A stretch of 64,000 bases of DNA from a bacterium (GTDB taxonomy: Bacteria > Patescibacteriota > Andersenbacteria > UBA10190 > CAIZMI01), in contig JAUSJG010000007.1 in NCBI GenBank assembly GCA_030647555.1, positions 106,181-170,180 of the forward strand. Reading direction: 5' to 3'. Position 1 is the stretch's first letter, and every line of letters starts with the position of its first letter. The position numbers and the translations under genes were made by a program. Of this stretch, positions 17,294-28,453 are shown piece after piece. Below the pieces are notes generated by a model. That model searched no databases. It saw only the letters and a list, made by a program, of their open reading frames with translations, and was not told where the DNA came from.

Positions 17294-19270
17294 CTATTCA
17301 CAAAACTGCCCTGTCTCCAAAACTGTTACCTGATCAGTGACACCAACAAGTCCAAAAGCCTTTACCACGAACTCCGAACTGATTGGTTGCCAGTAGGCAA
17401 CTGTCGGTTGATCAACAACAATGTGAGTCACTTTTAAACGAAGAAGGTTCTGACAAAGACTTATTGAATCGCTCGACTGCAACACTTGTTTAATCTGTGC
17501 TTGTCTGCCCACCAAATCCATCCCCCTCGTCCAAATCCAACCGCCATAACCCAAAACCAAATCGCGCCCCGTTAATGTTACAGGGTCTTTGTGGTAATTA
17601 TCAGTCGCCACTAACACAACGGCGTTTTTCGGCAAAACATCATCTAAATTTTTAGCAACAAGACGATCCTCCGATGTAAACAACGGATAATTGTTTCTAA
17701 AATTAAAGTATGTTGCTGTTTCGGAAATTGTTGTTATGACCATGGATATAAAAATACCGGCCACCGCAACAATAACTACTATTTTAGAGACCTTGTGTCT
17801 TGCCTGTATTATCCAGGCAAAAAGTTGTGCTACAAAGAATGGCAAAAATAAGAACCAAGCAAATAGAAATATTTTATAGTTGTCCCACAAATACGGCTGA
17901 AACTGAATAATATTTCCTAACGTAAAAAGAACAATTACCGGGACAGCAATCAACCAGCGATTCCTACCCCACTTTTTATTACTAATTAAATAAATTGTGA
18001 TCGGAAGAAATAACCCCAGATTAACTATCCAAGACAAGATCCATTGTCCAATACCGGTATCAACTAAATAACCAAGATGAAACGTTGTGAATCCCAAGCG
18101 CGATACCGCGGCACCGAACGATAAAAAAATTGGTAAAGCAATTAGCGCCACAATTACTCCAAGGATAAATATTTTACGATTCGGCTTTAAGGCCCAAAAA
18201 ACAAACCACAAAAGCGCCACCGCAATAAAGGCATGGGCATGAAAAAAAGGCAACAAACCGGAAGCCAAGACTAACGTCACTATAATTATTCTTTTTTTAA
18301 TATGTTCCGTTTGCGTAAGAAGCCAATAAAAAATAAAACTTAATACAGCCAAAAACGCTGCAGCTAATAATAAATGCTTTTGTGATACTAATGTATTCAA
18401 ATGATTTGCCCAGGCAATACCAAGTGCCTCCCGCTTATCCCACACCGGATCATGCACACCAAAGAACCCCGACCAAGACCAAATTCGCTCAACCAATGGC
18501 ATGACAATCCACTGTAGACCGCTCCCCAACATAACCAACAGCATAGCCATTACGCCAGCAAGACGCTTTGGCCAATAACTTATTTCTGCACCAAAACGAT
18601 TACTCAATATATACGATGTAAATCGGGCACTTATTGCCATAAATGCACCCAAAAGCGCAGCTGCCGGCAATGTAAACGCCCCACCGATCGTGAAACCTAA
18701 CCTCAACAATATCCCCGCAACAAAATCATAACCGAACGGTTCATGAAAATTTTCTCCGGCAAAGGCTGGCATTACAAAATTTCCTCCTTGTCTAATCTTA
18801 AATGCCTCGGCGTTTAATGTATGCAAAACACCGTCACCCCAAGAGCCAGAAATTGACCGAATGGTGCCATCACTCATCTCACTCCACCCAAAAAACATTA
18901 ATAAATAACTCACCAAAAATAATCCCAATAAGAGAATTATTTCGTGCCATTTTAATATATCCCTTATTCGACCCGTAATAATTGCTGAAACAAATAAACC
19001 AATCGCAATTATCACAAGAATATTTCCCGAAACAAAAACCCCAATGCCAAGATAATAAAGTGCGCCAGCCAACGCGCCACCAATAATAAAGAATAGAGGC
19101 ACGCCGGCGAGCGCACGGACGGCCCCGCGTGCGATGTTGCGTGGCATGACCAGCAACCCAAGACTTAATGCACCCAACAAAAGCACAAAACCCTCAAACC
19201 ATGCGACAGGCGTTTGAAAATTTGAAGCAGAAAGAAGATCGGAGATGAAAAGCTGAAGCGCAGTAAACAT
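17294..19270 (-). CDS. Large polytopic membrane protein, putative GT-C-type glycosyltransferase / oligosaccharyl-transferase-like
   Basis: About 12 predicted TM helices in first 500 aa followed by soluble C-terminal domain; adjacent to nucleotidyl-sugar genes; family not confirmed. Confidence 0.4.
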   Translation of the reverse strand: MFTALQLFISDLLSASNFQTPVAWFEGFVLLLGALSLGLLVMPRNIARGAVRALAGVPLFFIIGGALAGALYYLGIGVFVSGNILVIIAIGLFVSAIITGRIRDILKWHEIILLLGLFLVSYLLMFFGWSEMSDGTIRSISGSWGDGVLHTLNAEAFKIRQGGNFVMPAFAGENFHEPFGYDFVAGILLRLGFTIGGAFTLPAAALLGAFMAISARFTSYILSNRFGAEISYWPKRLAGVMAMLLVMLGSGLQWIVMPLVERIWSWSGFFGVHDPVWDKREALGIAWANHLNTLVSQKHLLLAAAFLAVLSFIFYWLLTQTEHIKKRIIIVTLVLASGLLPFFHAHAFIAVALLWFVFWALKPNRKIFILGVIVALIALPIFLSFGAAVSRLGFTTFHLGYLVDTGIGQWILSWIVNLGLFLPITIYLISNKKWGRNRWLIAVPVIVLFTLGNIIQFQPYLWDNYKIFLFAWFLFLPFFVAQLFAWIIQARHKVSKIVVIVAVAGIFISMVITTISETATYFNFRNNYPLFTSEDRLVAKNLDDVLPKNAVVLVATDNYHKDPVTLTGRDLVLGYGGWIWTRGMDLVGRQAQIKQVLQSSDSISLCQNLLRLKVTHIVVDQPTVAYWQPISSEFVVKAFGLVGVTDQVTVLETGQFCE

Positions 19271-19456
19271 GATCAGTCGTCTTTGCGAGGTGCTTCAGCA
19301 CCGAAGCAATCTCCGTAAAAATAATCATCGCGTTGAGATTGTCGCGCCTCGCCCATTGCAAACAATGGTCGATGGCTCCGGCCGTCGCTAAAGCTATGGC
19401 CGGCAGGCGCAATGACTACACCCATATTATTTTTACAAAATTGATCCATGCCGTTT

Positions 19457-21967
19457 CTAGTCCCTAACTACAAAATTTACCAATCGCCCCTTAATTACAA
19501 TCACCTTCCCAATTTCCTTCCCCTCCAACCATTTTTTTATCACTTCTTGTTCGACGGCAATTTTTTGAACCTCATCATCAGACAAACTTTTTTCCACTTC
19601 AACCGCCCCACGAACCTTGCCGTTCACCTGAATTACAATATTCATAGTTTCGTCTTGCAAGAGTGACACGTCAAACTCGGGCCAAACTTGTACCGTTGCA
19701 GACTGATTATTTTCATACGGTTTGGTCTGCATGTTTTGCCACAAATCTTCCGCCAAGTGGGGCGCAAACGGTGCCAAGACAAAAATAAATTTTTCAAAAT
19801 CTTCTTTTGCAATTCCCTCTTTTTCAATCAGATTTATAAACTCCATCATAGATGAAATCGCCGTGTTAAACTTTAAGTTTTCAATATCGTCGCCGACTTT
19901 TTTTATCAATCTGTAAAGTGCTTTTTTAACAGTAGCGTCAGAATCCTGTCCCCTGTCCCCTGTCCCCTGCAAACCCTCTCCAATGCGCCATATTCGATAC
20001 AAAAACCTTGATACACCATTAATTGCGTGATCATCCCACGGTTTATTTTGTTCAAACGGCCCCAAGAACATTTCGAACAATCGCAACGCATCCGCGCCAT
20101 ACTGATCAACCACCTCGTCGGGATTAATTACATTGCCCCGCGATTTGCTCATTTTTTGACCGTCCGGCCCCTGGATCATCCCTTGGTTCCTTAGAGCCTT
20201 GAATGGTTCTTCAAAGGGCAAATAACCGCCGTCGTATAACGCTTTTATCCAAAATCGAGAATACAGTAGATGCAACACAGCGTGTTCCGCCCCACCAACA
20301 TACAAATCTACCGGTAACCAACGCTCAATCTTTTGCCAATCCCAACCAAGTGTTTGATCTTTTGGATCCGCAAAACGCAGGAAATACCAACAAGACCCCG
20401 CCCACTGTGGCATCGTGTTTGTCTCGCGCTTGGCAGACGCGCCACATTTTGGACAAGAAGTATTTACCCAACTTTCAATTCCGGCTAATGGCGACTCACC
20501 CGTGCCAGTCGGTTCGTAATTCTCTACTTCCGGAAGCATAACCGGTAGTTGATCCTCGGGCACCGGTTGCACGCCACATTTTTCACAATGAATAATTGGA
20601 ATCGGTTCGCCCCAGTATCTTTGTCGAGAAAAAACCCAGTCGCGTAATTTGTAGTTTGTTTCCGATTTCGCCAATCCTTTTTCCATCAGCCAAGCAATAA
20701 TTTTCGGTCGCGCCTCGACAGAAGTTAGTCCATCAAAATATTCCGAATTAATTAAGACGCCTTCTCCCTCAAAACATTCTTTCAGTTTTTCAATTTTGGA
20801 AAAGTCCGCCACACCTTCGGGTCGAATTGAAACTTTTAATGGAATACTATATTTTTTGGCTAAATCAAAATCGCGTTGATCGTGAGCATCGGCAAAAACC
20901 GCGCCGGTACCGTAATGTGCCAAAACAAAGTCTGCGATCCAAACAGGCATCGTTTCATTAGTTGCCGGGTTGATTACCGTAATCCCCTTCAAAGGAACGC
21001 CGGTGGCGATGCGTTCCTTTGCGGTACGTTCAATTTCCGCCACACTTTTTGTCGCCGTACGGTATTTTTCCACTTCCTCCCAGTTTTCGACTCGCGTTTT
21101 ATTTTGTTCCACAAAAGGATGCTCGGGCGCCAAAATAGCGTAAGTACCGGAAAATATAGTATCGATACGTGTCGTGTAAACTTCTATATCATCATTGCCC
21201 TGCCCCTTGAACGTAATACGTGCGCCAAAGCTTTTTCCAATCCAATTTCTCTGCAATTCTTTAATTCCAACCGGCCAATCTAAACCATCCAACCCTTCTA
21301 GTAATCGTTCGGAATATTTGGTAATTTTCAGCATCCACTGACGCATATCTTTTTTGATGACTTCCGTATGACAGCGCTCGCAACGACCGCCAACCACTTC
21401 TTCATTGGCCAAACCCGTCTTGCAACTGGGACACCAGTTAATCGGCACCACCGCTTCGTAGGCCAAACCAAGATGGAAAAGCTTAAGAAAAATCCATTGC
21501 GTCCATTTGTAGTAATCGGGATCGGTGGTGTTGATTTCACGCGACCAATCGTACGAAAAACCCATCCGCTTTAACTGCGACTTAAAACGCGCCACATTTT
21601 TTTCAACCAACTTTCGCGGATGTGTTTTTAATTTGATCGCGGTATTTTCGGCCGGTAGACCAAAAGCGTCCCAACCCATCGGGTGCAAAACATTAAAACC
21701 TTTCATGCGCTTGTAGCGCGAATAAATATCCGTTGCCGTGTAACCTTCAACATGGCCGACATGCAGTCCTTCGCCGGAAGGATATGGAAACATGTCCAGA
21801 ACATACAAATCCTTTTCAGGATCGGTTTTCTTTGGATCCCCGATCCCGGTCGGGGATGACTCTGATGAGTCAGTTTTTTCATCGATCGCCTGATAAAGTC
21901 CCAATTTTTCCCAGAGAGCCTGGGCGCGTGGTTCGATCTCTCGGGGAAGGTATTTTTGTTCGTTCAT
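19457..21967 (-). CDS. leuS: Leucyl-tRNA synthetase
   Basis: HIGH-region [13 protein letters not shown] (QKMSKSRGN), editing domain; in-frame 7-nt x3 tandem repeat at 19945-19969. Confidence 0.92.
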   Translation of the reverse strand: MNEQKYLPREIEPRAQALWEKLGLYQAIDEKTDSSESSPTGIGDPKKTDPEKDLYVLDMFPYPSGEGLHVGHVEGYTATDIYSRYKRMKGFNVLHPMGWDAFGLPAENTAIKLKTHPRKLVEKNVARFKSQLKRMGFSYDWSREINTTDPDYYKWTQWIFLKLFHLGLAYEAVVPINWCPSCKTGLANEEVVGGRCERCHTEVIKKDMRQWMLKITKYSERLLEGLDGLDWPVGIKELQRNWIGKSFGARITFKGQGNDDIEVYTTRIDTIFSGTYAILAPEHPFVEQNKTRVENWEEVEKYRTATKSVAEIERTAKERIATGVPLKGITVINPATNETMPVWIADFVLAHYGTGAVFADAHDQRDFDLAKKYSIPLKVSIRPEGVADFSKIEKLKECFEGEGVLINSEYFDGLTSVEARPKIIAWLMEKGLAKSETNYKLRDWVFSRQRYWGEPIPIIHCEKCGVQPVPEDQLPVMLPEVENYEPTGTGESPLAGIESWVNTSCPKCGASAKRETNTMPQWAGSCWYFLRFADPKDQTLGWDWQKIERWLPVDLYVGGAEHAVLHLLYSRFWIKALYDGGYLPFEEPFKALRNQGMIQGPDGQKMSKSRGNVINPDEVVDQYGADALRLFEMFLGPFEQNKPWDDHAINGVSRFLYRIWRIGEGLQGTGDRGQDSDATVKKALYRLIKKVGDDIENLKFNTAISSMMEFINLIEKEGIAKEDFEKFIFVLAPFAPHLAEDLWQNMQTKPYENNQSATVQVWPEFDVSLLQDETMNIVIQVNGKVRGAVEVEKSLSDDEVQKIAVEQEVIKKWLEGKEIGKVIVIKGRLVNFVVRD

Positions 21968-22093
21968 AAATAGGATTTTAATCCCAAAGTGCCACTATTG
22001 ACAAGAATATATTTATTAGATATAATTCTCCGTTACTGCAGTTGGGTTCTGGATGGCTCAGAGTGTTATTTCTAAACTAAATAGGAGGTAGTC

Positions 22094-22417
22094 ATGTCTA
22101 ATAATTCGATGGGTGAAAACTGCCATGTAATTACCCAGGGCAATCACTCATTCGCGTGGTTTCAACGCCCATTGCCGCTGGTTTCGTATGATGAGGGATC
22201 AGAGAGAACGCTTCTCGTTGCCATGCACATGTTCGAAAATACTCACCCTGATCTGGAAATCACTGGGTGGCAAATTCAAATGGCCAACAACACGACCAAT
22301 AGTGACCGACAAAGTTACCGTGGTGTCTGGTTCCATCACAAACCCAAGACCCAGGAAACGCCCCGCTCGCGACCGGATGTGAGCTCCCCGCACGACGTCG
22401 GCAGCGACGCCGGTTGA
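22094..22417 (+). CDS. Hypothetical small protein (107 aa)
   Basis: Strong SD AGGAGG 6 nt upstream; GC-richer than neighbours. Confidence 0.45.
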   Translation: MSNNSMGENCHVITQGNHSFAWFQRPLPLVSYDEGSERTLLVAMHMFENTHPDLEITGWQIQMANNTTNSDRQSYRGVWFHHKPKTQETPRSRPDVSSPHDVGSDAG

Positions 22418-22622
22418 CCAAGTGTCAAACAACAGCCCCGCCCCGACCAACCGGTCCCGGCGGTATTTTTTTGATTTTTTCGCAAAAAAATCAATCCCCC
22501 ATAGCTTTAGCGACGGGGGATACTTCTCATCCACGTAGGGGCGATTCATGAATTGCCCCAGATTGTTACCGAAACACCCAATAAATCTGATTGATTATCT
22601 CAAACAAACATACCCAATAAAT

Positions 22623-22655
22623 CCATATACTATATACCAAATACAATATACAGAT
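22623..22655 (+). repeat. Partial copy (5' 33 nt) of the post-stop element
   Basis: CCATATACTATATACCAAATACAATATACAGAT. Confidence 0.6.
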
Positions 22656-22744
22656 TACGCGGGAGATTGCCCGCCCCTTCAGGGGCGAGGTTCGCCCAGA
22701 TGGGCGACTTCGACACTGAAGTGCCTCGCAAAGACTCATGTATA

Positions 22745-24106
22745 CTATCTCTTCTTCATCACTCTCCGCGCACTATCCACCCGTTTCTTTACTTCCCGCT
22801 CAAAACCCTGCTCCGTTGGTTCGTAATAAATATGATCTTTAATTCGATCCGGTAAATATTGCTGTTCCACGACGTGCCCCTCTCCGCCGTGCGGATCTTT
22901 ATAGCCGACACTGGCGCCTTGTTTAGTCATGTCCGGTACGGGTGCATTTTTAAGGTGGTTCGGCACACGTAATTGCCCATAATGTTCCAAGTCACCTCTA
23001 ACCCCACGCATCGCTTTTTTCACCGCGTCGCTTTTTGGCGATGCCGATAAATAAATACAAGCTTGCGAAAGCGCGTATGATGCCTCCGGTAAACCAACCC
23101 ACTCCAGTGCGTGCCCCGCCGAAACCGCCACCATTAAGGCGTGAGGATCAGCGTTTCCAATATCTTCTGACGCAAAAATAATCATCCGACGCGCGATAAA
23201 TTCCGGATCTTCACCGGCCGATAACATTTTGTGCAACCAAAAAAGTGCAGCGTCCGGTTCACTTCCCCGCATACTTTTAATAAAGGCGGAAATTGTATCG
23301 AAATGCTCATCGCCTTTTGCGTCATATTTAAACGCCCGTGTTTGGATGGCATCTTCAATTTCTTTTAGCTGAATAATTGCGCCAACTTTTTTTGTAATTG
23401 CAGAAAGCTCTAAAGCATTGAGCGCCATCCGTGCGTCACCGCCGGCCATTTGCGCCAAATGTTCCAATGCCTTCGGTTGAATTTTTAGTTTCTGTTTTCC
23501 CAAACCCCGTTCCACATCCTGCAACGCGCTTTCGATAATCTGTTTAATATTTTCATCGGCCAGTGGCGCCAACTGATAAACCTGCGACCGCGACACCAAG
23601 GCCTTAATCACTTCAAAATACGGATTTTCCGTTGTCACCCCAACCAAAGTAATCGTTCCGTCTTCAACATGTGGCAGAAGAATATCCTGTTGCGCTTTAT
23701 TGAAACGATGAATTTCATCAACAACAACAACTGTTCTTTTACCCTGCATCTTGCGTCGCTCGCGCGCCGCCTCGATTACTTTGCGCAAGTCGGCACTGCC
23801 GGCCGTGACCGCGCTAACCGGTTCAAAATAGGCCTCCATTTTGCTGGCAATAATTTCGGCAATCGTCGTTTTGCCCGAGCCCGGCGGGCCATACAAAATA
23901 AGCGAACCGACCTTACCCGATTCAACCGCTTTTCGAAGCAACGCATTCTTACCCAAAATAACTTCTTGCCCCACAAAATCCTCCATTTTCTTTGGCCGCA
24001 TCCGTGCCGCCAAAGGCGCCTCGCTTTGAAGGGCTTTTTTGAGCTGATTATCGAATAAATCTTGATTTTGAGCATCGGTTGACATGTGGAATGTATTGTA
24101 ATACAA
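22745..24106 (-). CDS. rarA: Replication-associated recombination protein A (RarA/MgsA AAA+ ATPase)
   Basis: Walker [14 protein letters not shown], Walker [11 protein letters not shown], MgsA C-terminal helical domain. Confidence 0.9.
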   Translation of the reverse strand: MYYNTFHMSTDAQNQDLFDNQLKKALQSEAPLAARMRPKKMEDFVGQEVILGKNALLRKAVESGKVGSLILYGPPGSGKTTIAEIIASKMEAYFEPVSAVTAGSADLRKVIEAARERRKMQGKRTVVVVDEIHRFNKAQQDILLPHVEDGTITLVGVTTENPYFEVIKALVSRSQVYQLAPLADENIKQIIESALQDVERGLGKQKLKIQPKALEHLAQMAGGDARMALNALELSAITKKVGAIIQLKEIEDAIQTRAFKYDAKGDEHFDTISAFIKSMRGSEPDAALFWLHKMLSAGEDPEFIARRMIIFASEDIGNADPHALMVAVSAGHALEWVGLPEASYALSQACIYLSASPKSDAVKKAMRGVRGDLEHYGQLRVPNHLKNAPVPDMTKQGASVGYKDPHGGEGHVVEQQYLPDRIKDHIYYEPTEQGFEREVKKRVDSARRVMKKR

Positions 24107-24262
24107 AAAGTACCCTATGAAAGTGACAGATCCAACGTAAGGTCGGACTGCCGAGCGGTCCGACCTTGATTGGTTGCGTCACGTTGTCGGCCAATGAGGG
24201 GCGGACCCCTCGAGGAGTCCGCCCCTCGTCTACATCCAATGCGAAATCTTTTTTGTAAATTT

Positions 24263-24529
24263 TTAGAAGCACTCGCCGAGGTGCAACATTTCGCGCCCCT
24301 TACACGTGCCCTCGCAAACACTCGTATAGGTATGACCATCCGTCGAACAAACTAGCGCATGGCCAGCACCGCAATCACATGAACCCGAATTTACAACCTG
24401 CGTTCTTAGATATGATGCCGGTGACATTGCCACCATCAGAAGAACCACAAATACCAAAGCCAAGCAAACTCCCAAAAGAATTTTCCCGTTATCCAAAAAT
24501 CGTTTTTTCTTTTTTATTTTTTTAGGCAT
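24263..24529 (-). CDS. Membrane-anchored Kazal-type serine-protease-inhibitor domain protein
   Basis: N-terminal basic stretch + TM helix, then six-Cys pattern C-x-C-x7-C-x6-Y-x3-C-x3-C-x10-C with VCSTDGHTYTSVCE matching Kazal core VCG[ST]DGxTY. Confidence 0.6.
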   Translation of the reverse strand: MPKKIKKKKRFLDNGKILLGVCLALVFVVLLMVAMSPASYLRTQVVNSGSCDCGAGHALVCSTDGHTYTSVCEGTCKGREMLHLGECF

Positions 24530-24530
24530 C

Positions 24531-24743
24531 CTATTGTTTTCGCCATGTTGAAATTATTACTTTCTTCGCCCCATCACGCTTGTAAACTACAACATATTTG
24601 ATACCACGCCGTTCAATTTCAGACTTATAAATACCATGCCCTTGATATCGAGAAGTACCACGCGAAGCCGAAGTGGTCGCACTATTTCCCACTCCACGCT
24701 GTTTCATGCGCTTCTTGGCGTGTTTGGTGAAGAAAAGACCCAT
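24531..24743 (-). CDS. Small basic protein, DUF4258-like
   Basis: FTKHAKKRMKQRGV motif reminiscent of DUF4258; short, low confidence. Confidence 0.35.
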   Translation of the reverse strand: MGLFFTKHAKKRMKQRGVGNSATTSASRGTSRYQGHGIYKSEIERRGIKYVVVYKRDGAKKVIISTWRKQ

Positions 24744-24814
24744 AGTTTGATACTACCATGAATTTCTAAAACTTTCCGTCGTCTTCTTTTTTTATCACTT
24801 GAGTAATTATTATC

Positions 24815-25141
24815 TTGTGCTATCCTTTTTTCATGTTTGGAATCAATAAATCAACAGAACAAATCAAGTGGAGTGCGGAAGCGGAAGGGGCACTGGAACA
24901 AGCCATCACCCAATTTCCGGGGCCAAAGATGATGATTGGTATGGTAAAAGGCAAACTACGATCGGCCGCAGAAAAGAAAGCTGTCGAACTCGGTCATTCA
25001 GAGGTTCATCCGGAGGATCTTATGCAGGGACTTATGGAAATGTTGCCACAATCAGCACGCAACATGATTGAAAAACGGATGCAAGAAGGCCCGGATGGAA
25101 TTGCAAAACTCCAAGACGATCTTAAGGATTTTAAGGGATAA
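24815..25141 (+). CDS. PCP_red-like (protochlorophyllide-reductase C-terminal-like) domain protein
   Basis: W-S-A-E-A-E...AEKKAVELGHSEVHPED resembles PF08369 pattern; start may be internal ATG at 24833. Confidence 0.4.
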   Translation: MCYPFFMFGINKSTEQIKWSAEAEGALEQAITQFPGPKMMIGMVKGKLRSAAEKKAVELGHSEVHPEDLMQGLMEMLPQSARNMIEKRMQEGPDGIAKLQDDLKDFKG

Positions 25142-25179
25142 AACAAAATACCCAAAATAATCCCTCCCCGCCTCCCTTT

Positions 25180-25350
25180 GCATTGCTGTCGCGTTAAGAA
25201 AAAAGTAAAAAAATAATACGCTATAGTAAGCCATTTGTTTTGCAAAATATGTTCAAATTCAATTCAAGTCGAAAAATAAATTTCTCTAAAAATTTAGCTT
25301 GCAAAAGGGATTATTTCGGCTTTGTAAAATTATTAACGCGACAGCAATGC
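25180..25350. mobile_element. MITE-like element: 18-bp perfect terminal inverted repeats GCATTGCTGTCGCGTTAA, AT-rich non-coding interior, flanked by 9-bp direct repeat CCTCCCTTT
   Basis: TIRs at 25180-25197 and 25333-25350; direct repeats at 25171-25179 and 25350-25358 read directly. Confidence 0.6.
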
Positions 25351-25417
25351 CTCCCTTTGAGTAAGGGGAGGAGTTGCACCGTTCCCTCCCTTTTTCAAGG
25401 GAGGGCGAGGGTGGGTT

Positions 25418-26179
25418 TTATTCAATTCCAAACAATTTTCGGGTATTTGCCTCCGTGACTTGAGCAACCTCTTCCACCGATATCCCCTTAATCTCCGCGA
25501 TTTTCTTGGCAATTTCCACGACGTACGCCGGTTCGTTGCGTTGACCACGTACAACCTGTGGCGCCAAAAATGGCGCGTCGGTTTCGATCAATAAACGCTC
25601 AAGCGGCAAATCCTTTACGACAGCGCGTATTTCATCGGCTTTTGGAAATGTCACCATTCCGGCGATGCCTAAATAATACCCTTGATCCAAATAAAATTTT
25701 GCCTCTCCAGGCGTGCCTGTAAAACTATGAATGACCGCATTGAGTTTAAAATTATTTTCACGAATTATTTGTTGAAACTCTTTATGCACGTAACGGACGT
25801 GAAAAATTATCGGCTTATTGTGCGCAACAGCCAAAGTAATAAAACGTAACATCGCTGGGATTTGTTCTTCAAGTGACGGCAGGCGTTCGTTTTTTTCCAA
25901 ACCAATTTCGCCAACTGCTACAACCTTGGGATGCTTCAATAATTCCGCAAAACGCAACCAAAACGCTTCCGTAATATTTTTTATTCCCTCCGGATGTACG
26001 CCAATCGACGCATAAACATTTTCGAATTGTTCGGCGATTTTTACCGGCTTTTCAAAACCAAAACAATCGGCACCGGGGTTAATAATTGTGTTTACGCCCG
26101 CTTGTTTCGCACGACCAATAACCTCCGACCGATCGGCATTAAACTGTTCAACGTCTAAATGACAATGAGAGTCAATCAT
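25418..26179 (-). CDS. tatD: TatD-family metal-dependent DNase/hydrolase
   Basis: MIDSHCHLD start and conserved His/Glu/Asp pattern. Confidence 0.88.
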   Translation of the reverse strand: MIDSHCHLDVEQFNADRSEVIGRAKQAGVNTIINPGADCFGFEKPVKIAEQFENVYASIGVHPEGIKNITEAFWLRFAELLKHPKVVAVGEIGLEKNERLPSLEEQIPAMLRFITLAVAHNKPIIFHVRYVHKEFQQIIRENNFKLNAVIHSFTGTPGEAKFYLDQGYYLGIAGMVTFPKADEIRAVVKDLPLERLLIETDAPFLAPQVVRGQRNEPAYVVEIAKKIAEIKGISVEEVAQVTEANTRKLFGIE

Positions 26180-26254
26180 CGCTTGAATAATGATTTACGA
26201 TTTATGATTAAAGAATACGTCGCCGAATTTCGTCGATTCATAAATCATCAATCG

Positions 26255-27685
26255 TCATTCATTCTTCGGAAACAATACCGGCGGGTTTGTGATTTTTCCG
26301 TCACTGTCTATAGAGTCCGAAATTGTCTTCGCTGTTTTTGGCATTACCTCTTTTATCGCCCTCGCAATTAAATCAATTGCGTTTAATACCTGTTGGATTG
26401 TTTGAGCACGTTGTACTTCATCCGCATTTTTCCACGGTGCTTTTGCATCAAGATACACATTCGCCTTACGCGCCCAATTCAAAATACGCTCAAAGATTTT
26501 TTCTAATGATTCATCATTATACATATCTTTTATATCTTGCGCGTCATAAATCTCGCTTGTTTCACTGTCAACGTGTTTGACACTAAATTTTTCCGCCAAA
26601 TTAAAAGTTCTTCTTACAAGATTACCAAGCACATTAGCCAGTTCATTATATTTTTCGTCAAACCGATCAACAGCAATGTCGCCTGAATTTCCAAACGGAA
26701 GCGCTGTAATAATTAAGTAGCGCGCAACGTCTGAACCGTATTTATCAACAATATCAATCGGGTCGATAACATTTCCCAAGCTCTTACTCATCTTTTGACC
26801 ATTGATTGTAAAAAATCCGTGAATGGAAAGCGATTTGGGTAATTCTAACCCCAGCGCCAATAAAATCGCTGGCCAATAAACGGCATGAAATTTTAGAATC
26901 TCTTGCGCCATTACCTGTACATCCGCCGGCCAGAATTTTTTCAGTTGCTCATCATTTTCCGAACCATAGCCCAAGGCGGTAACATAATTTAACAACGCAT
27001 CCAGCCAGACATAAGCCACTTGAGTGGAATCAAACGGAAGTTCAATTCCCCACTTGAGGCGTTCTTTTGATCTGGAGATAGAGAAATCTTCCAGTCCTTG
27101 CTGAAATAGCCCCAAAACTTCATTTTTCCGCTCTGTGGGTAAAATTAATATCCGATCGGCCTCAATCGCACTCTTAATTTCCGGCAAAAATTTAGCGAGG
27201 TTGAAGAACCAATTTTTTTCTTCCACTACCACCGGTTTCTTTTGGTGTAGCGGTTCCAAACCGTTCTCGTCCAAATCTTTTTCGGTTACAAAGGCTTCAC
27301 ACCCAGTGCAATAAAGACCTGTATAGGTTTTTTCGTAAATAACGCCTGTTTCTTTGAGTTTGTTTAACGCGTAAATAACGCCTTGTTCATGCCGCTTGTC
27401 AGTAGTACGAATAAAATCTGAATAACCAATATCAAGTTTTTGCCAACAATCTTTAAAGCTCTGGGCAATTTCATCAACAAATTGTTGAGGTTCTTTTCCA
27501 GCAACAGTAGCAGTGTCGGCCACTTTCGCGCCATGTTCATCGGTACCGGTGAGAAAAAAAATATCCTCGCCGCGCCCTTTATGCAAACGCGCCAAAACAT
27601 CCGCCGCAATGGTCGTATAAGCATGACCAATGTGAGGCTTGCCATTGGCGTAGTAGATGGGCGTAGTTATTGAATAGCGATCCAT
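26255..27685 (-). CDS. metG: Methionyl-tRNA synthetase (short form)
   Basis: HIGH region PHIGHAYTT, KMSKS (QKMSKSLGN), CxxC zinc knuckle CTGC. Confidence 0.92.
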   Translation of the reverse strand: MDRYSITTPIYYANGKPHIGHAYTTIAADVLARLHKGRGEDIFFLTGTDEHGAKVADTATVAGKEPQQFVDEIAQSFKDCWQKLDIGYSDFIRTTDKRHEQGVIYALNKLKETGVIYEKTYTGLYCTGCEAFVTEKDLDENGLEPLHQKKPVVVEEKNWFFNLAKFLPEIKSAIEADRILILPTERKNEVLGLFQQGLEDFSISRSKERLKWGIELPFDSTQVAYVWLDALLNYVTALGYGSENDEQLKKFWPADVQVMAQEILKFHAVYWPAILLALGLELPKSLSIHGFFTINGQKMSKSLGNVIDPIDIVDKYGSDVARYLIITALPFGNSGDIAVDRFDEKYNELANVLGNLVRRTFNLAEKFSVKHVDSETSEIYDAQDIKDMYNDESLEKIFERILNWARKANVYLDAKAPWKNADEVQRAQTIQQVLNAIDLIARAIKEVMPKTAKTISDSIDSDGKITNPPVLFPKNE

Positions 27686-27894
27686 GAGAGGAGTGTAGGG
27701 ATAATTTAATGTTTAGACAAGAAAGAAATCCATTAAATCCCAAACCCCAATGACCAATGTCCAACAAAATCCCAATTTTCAAAATACCAAAAACGTTTTG
27801 GCCATTTGAGATTTAGAATATTGTTGGGATTTGGGGTTTGGTCATTGGGATTTAAAAACATGAGTATTTCTAAATATTCAAGTATAATTTCCCC

Positions 27895-28314
27895 ATGATG
27901 GCTCTCTCCCACACAATAGTCAGTGCCGCTATCGGCGATAAAATTTCCAATCCCGCGCTTTCTTTCATTCTCGCTTTTGGCATGCATTTTGTCTGTGATT
28001 CCTTTTTGCATTGGAATTTTTATCCGCACAAACATAAACCCATCGTTTTACTGGCGCTGGGCGATATGTTTTCGGGGATTATTCTTTCTTATTTCCTGCT
28101 CGGCGCAAATTTTTGGCACTGGTCGGTTTTGTTTGCCATCGTGGGTGGCTTACTGCCGGACATCATTTCCTTTGGTGCTTATCTGCTTAAAATCCGCATT
28201 CCTTATTTCACAAAATTTCACGACGGCTTGCAACATGAAACAGAAATTGTTTGGAAAGGATTAATCAGCCAGGTGATAGTTATCGCAATCGCATTTTTAA
28301 TCATCGGTTCCTAA
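27895..28314 (+). CDS. Small integral membrane protein (possible DUF457-type metal-dependent hydrolase)
   Basis: 4 TM segments, conserved His/Asp positions; weak. Confidence 0.4.
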   Translation: MMALSHTIVSAAIGDKISNPALSFILAFGMHFVCDSFLHWNFYPHKHKPIVLLALGDMFSGIILSYFLLGANFWHWSVLFAIVGGLLPDIISFGAYLLKIRIPYFTKFHDGLQHETEIVWKGLISQVIVIAIAFLIIGS

Positions 28315-28357
28315 TAAATTGAATCAAGGTCGAATTATACGAGAAAACTACTATTAT

Positions 28358-28453
28358 CCATATACAATATACCAAATACTATATACAAATCTAAATAATG
28401 AAACAGAAAGGAATTTAGAGGTTGTTATAGGAAACTACTCCCTGCCCCCCCTA
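28358..28453 (-). repeat. Post-stop conserved element, copy C (sense to AI-2E transporter gene; stop codon embedded)
   Basis: Same consensus. Confidence 0.7.
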
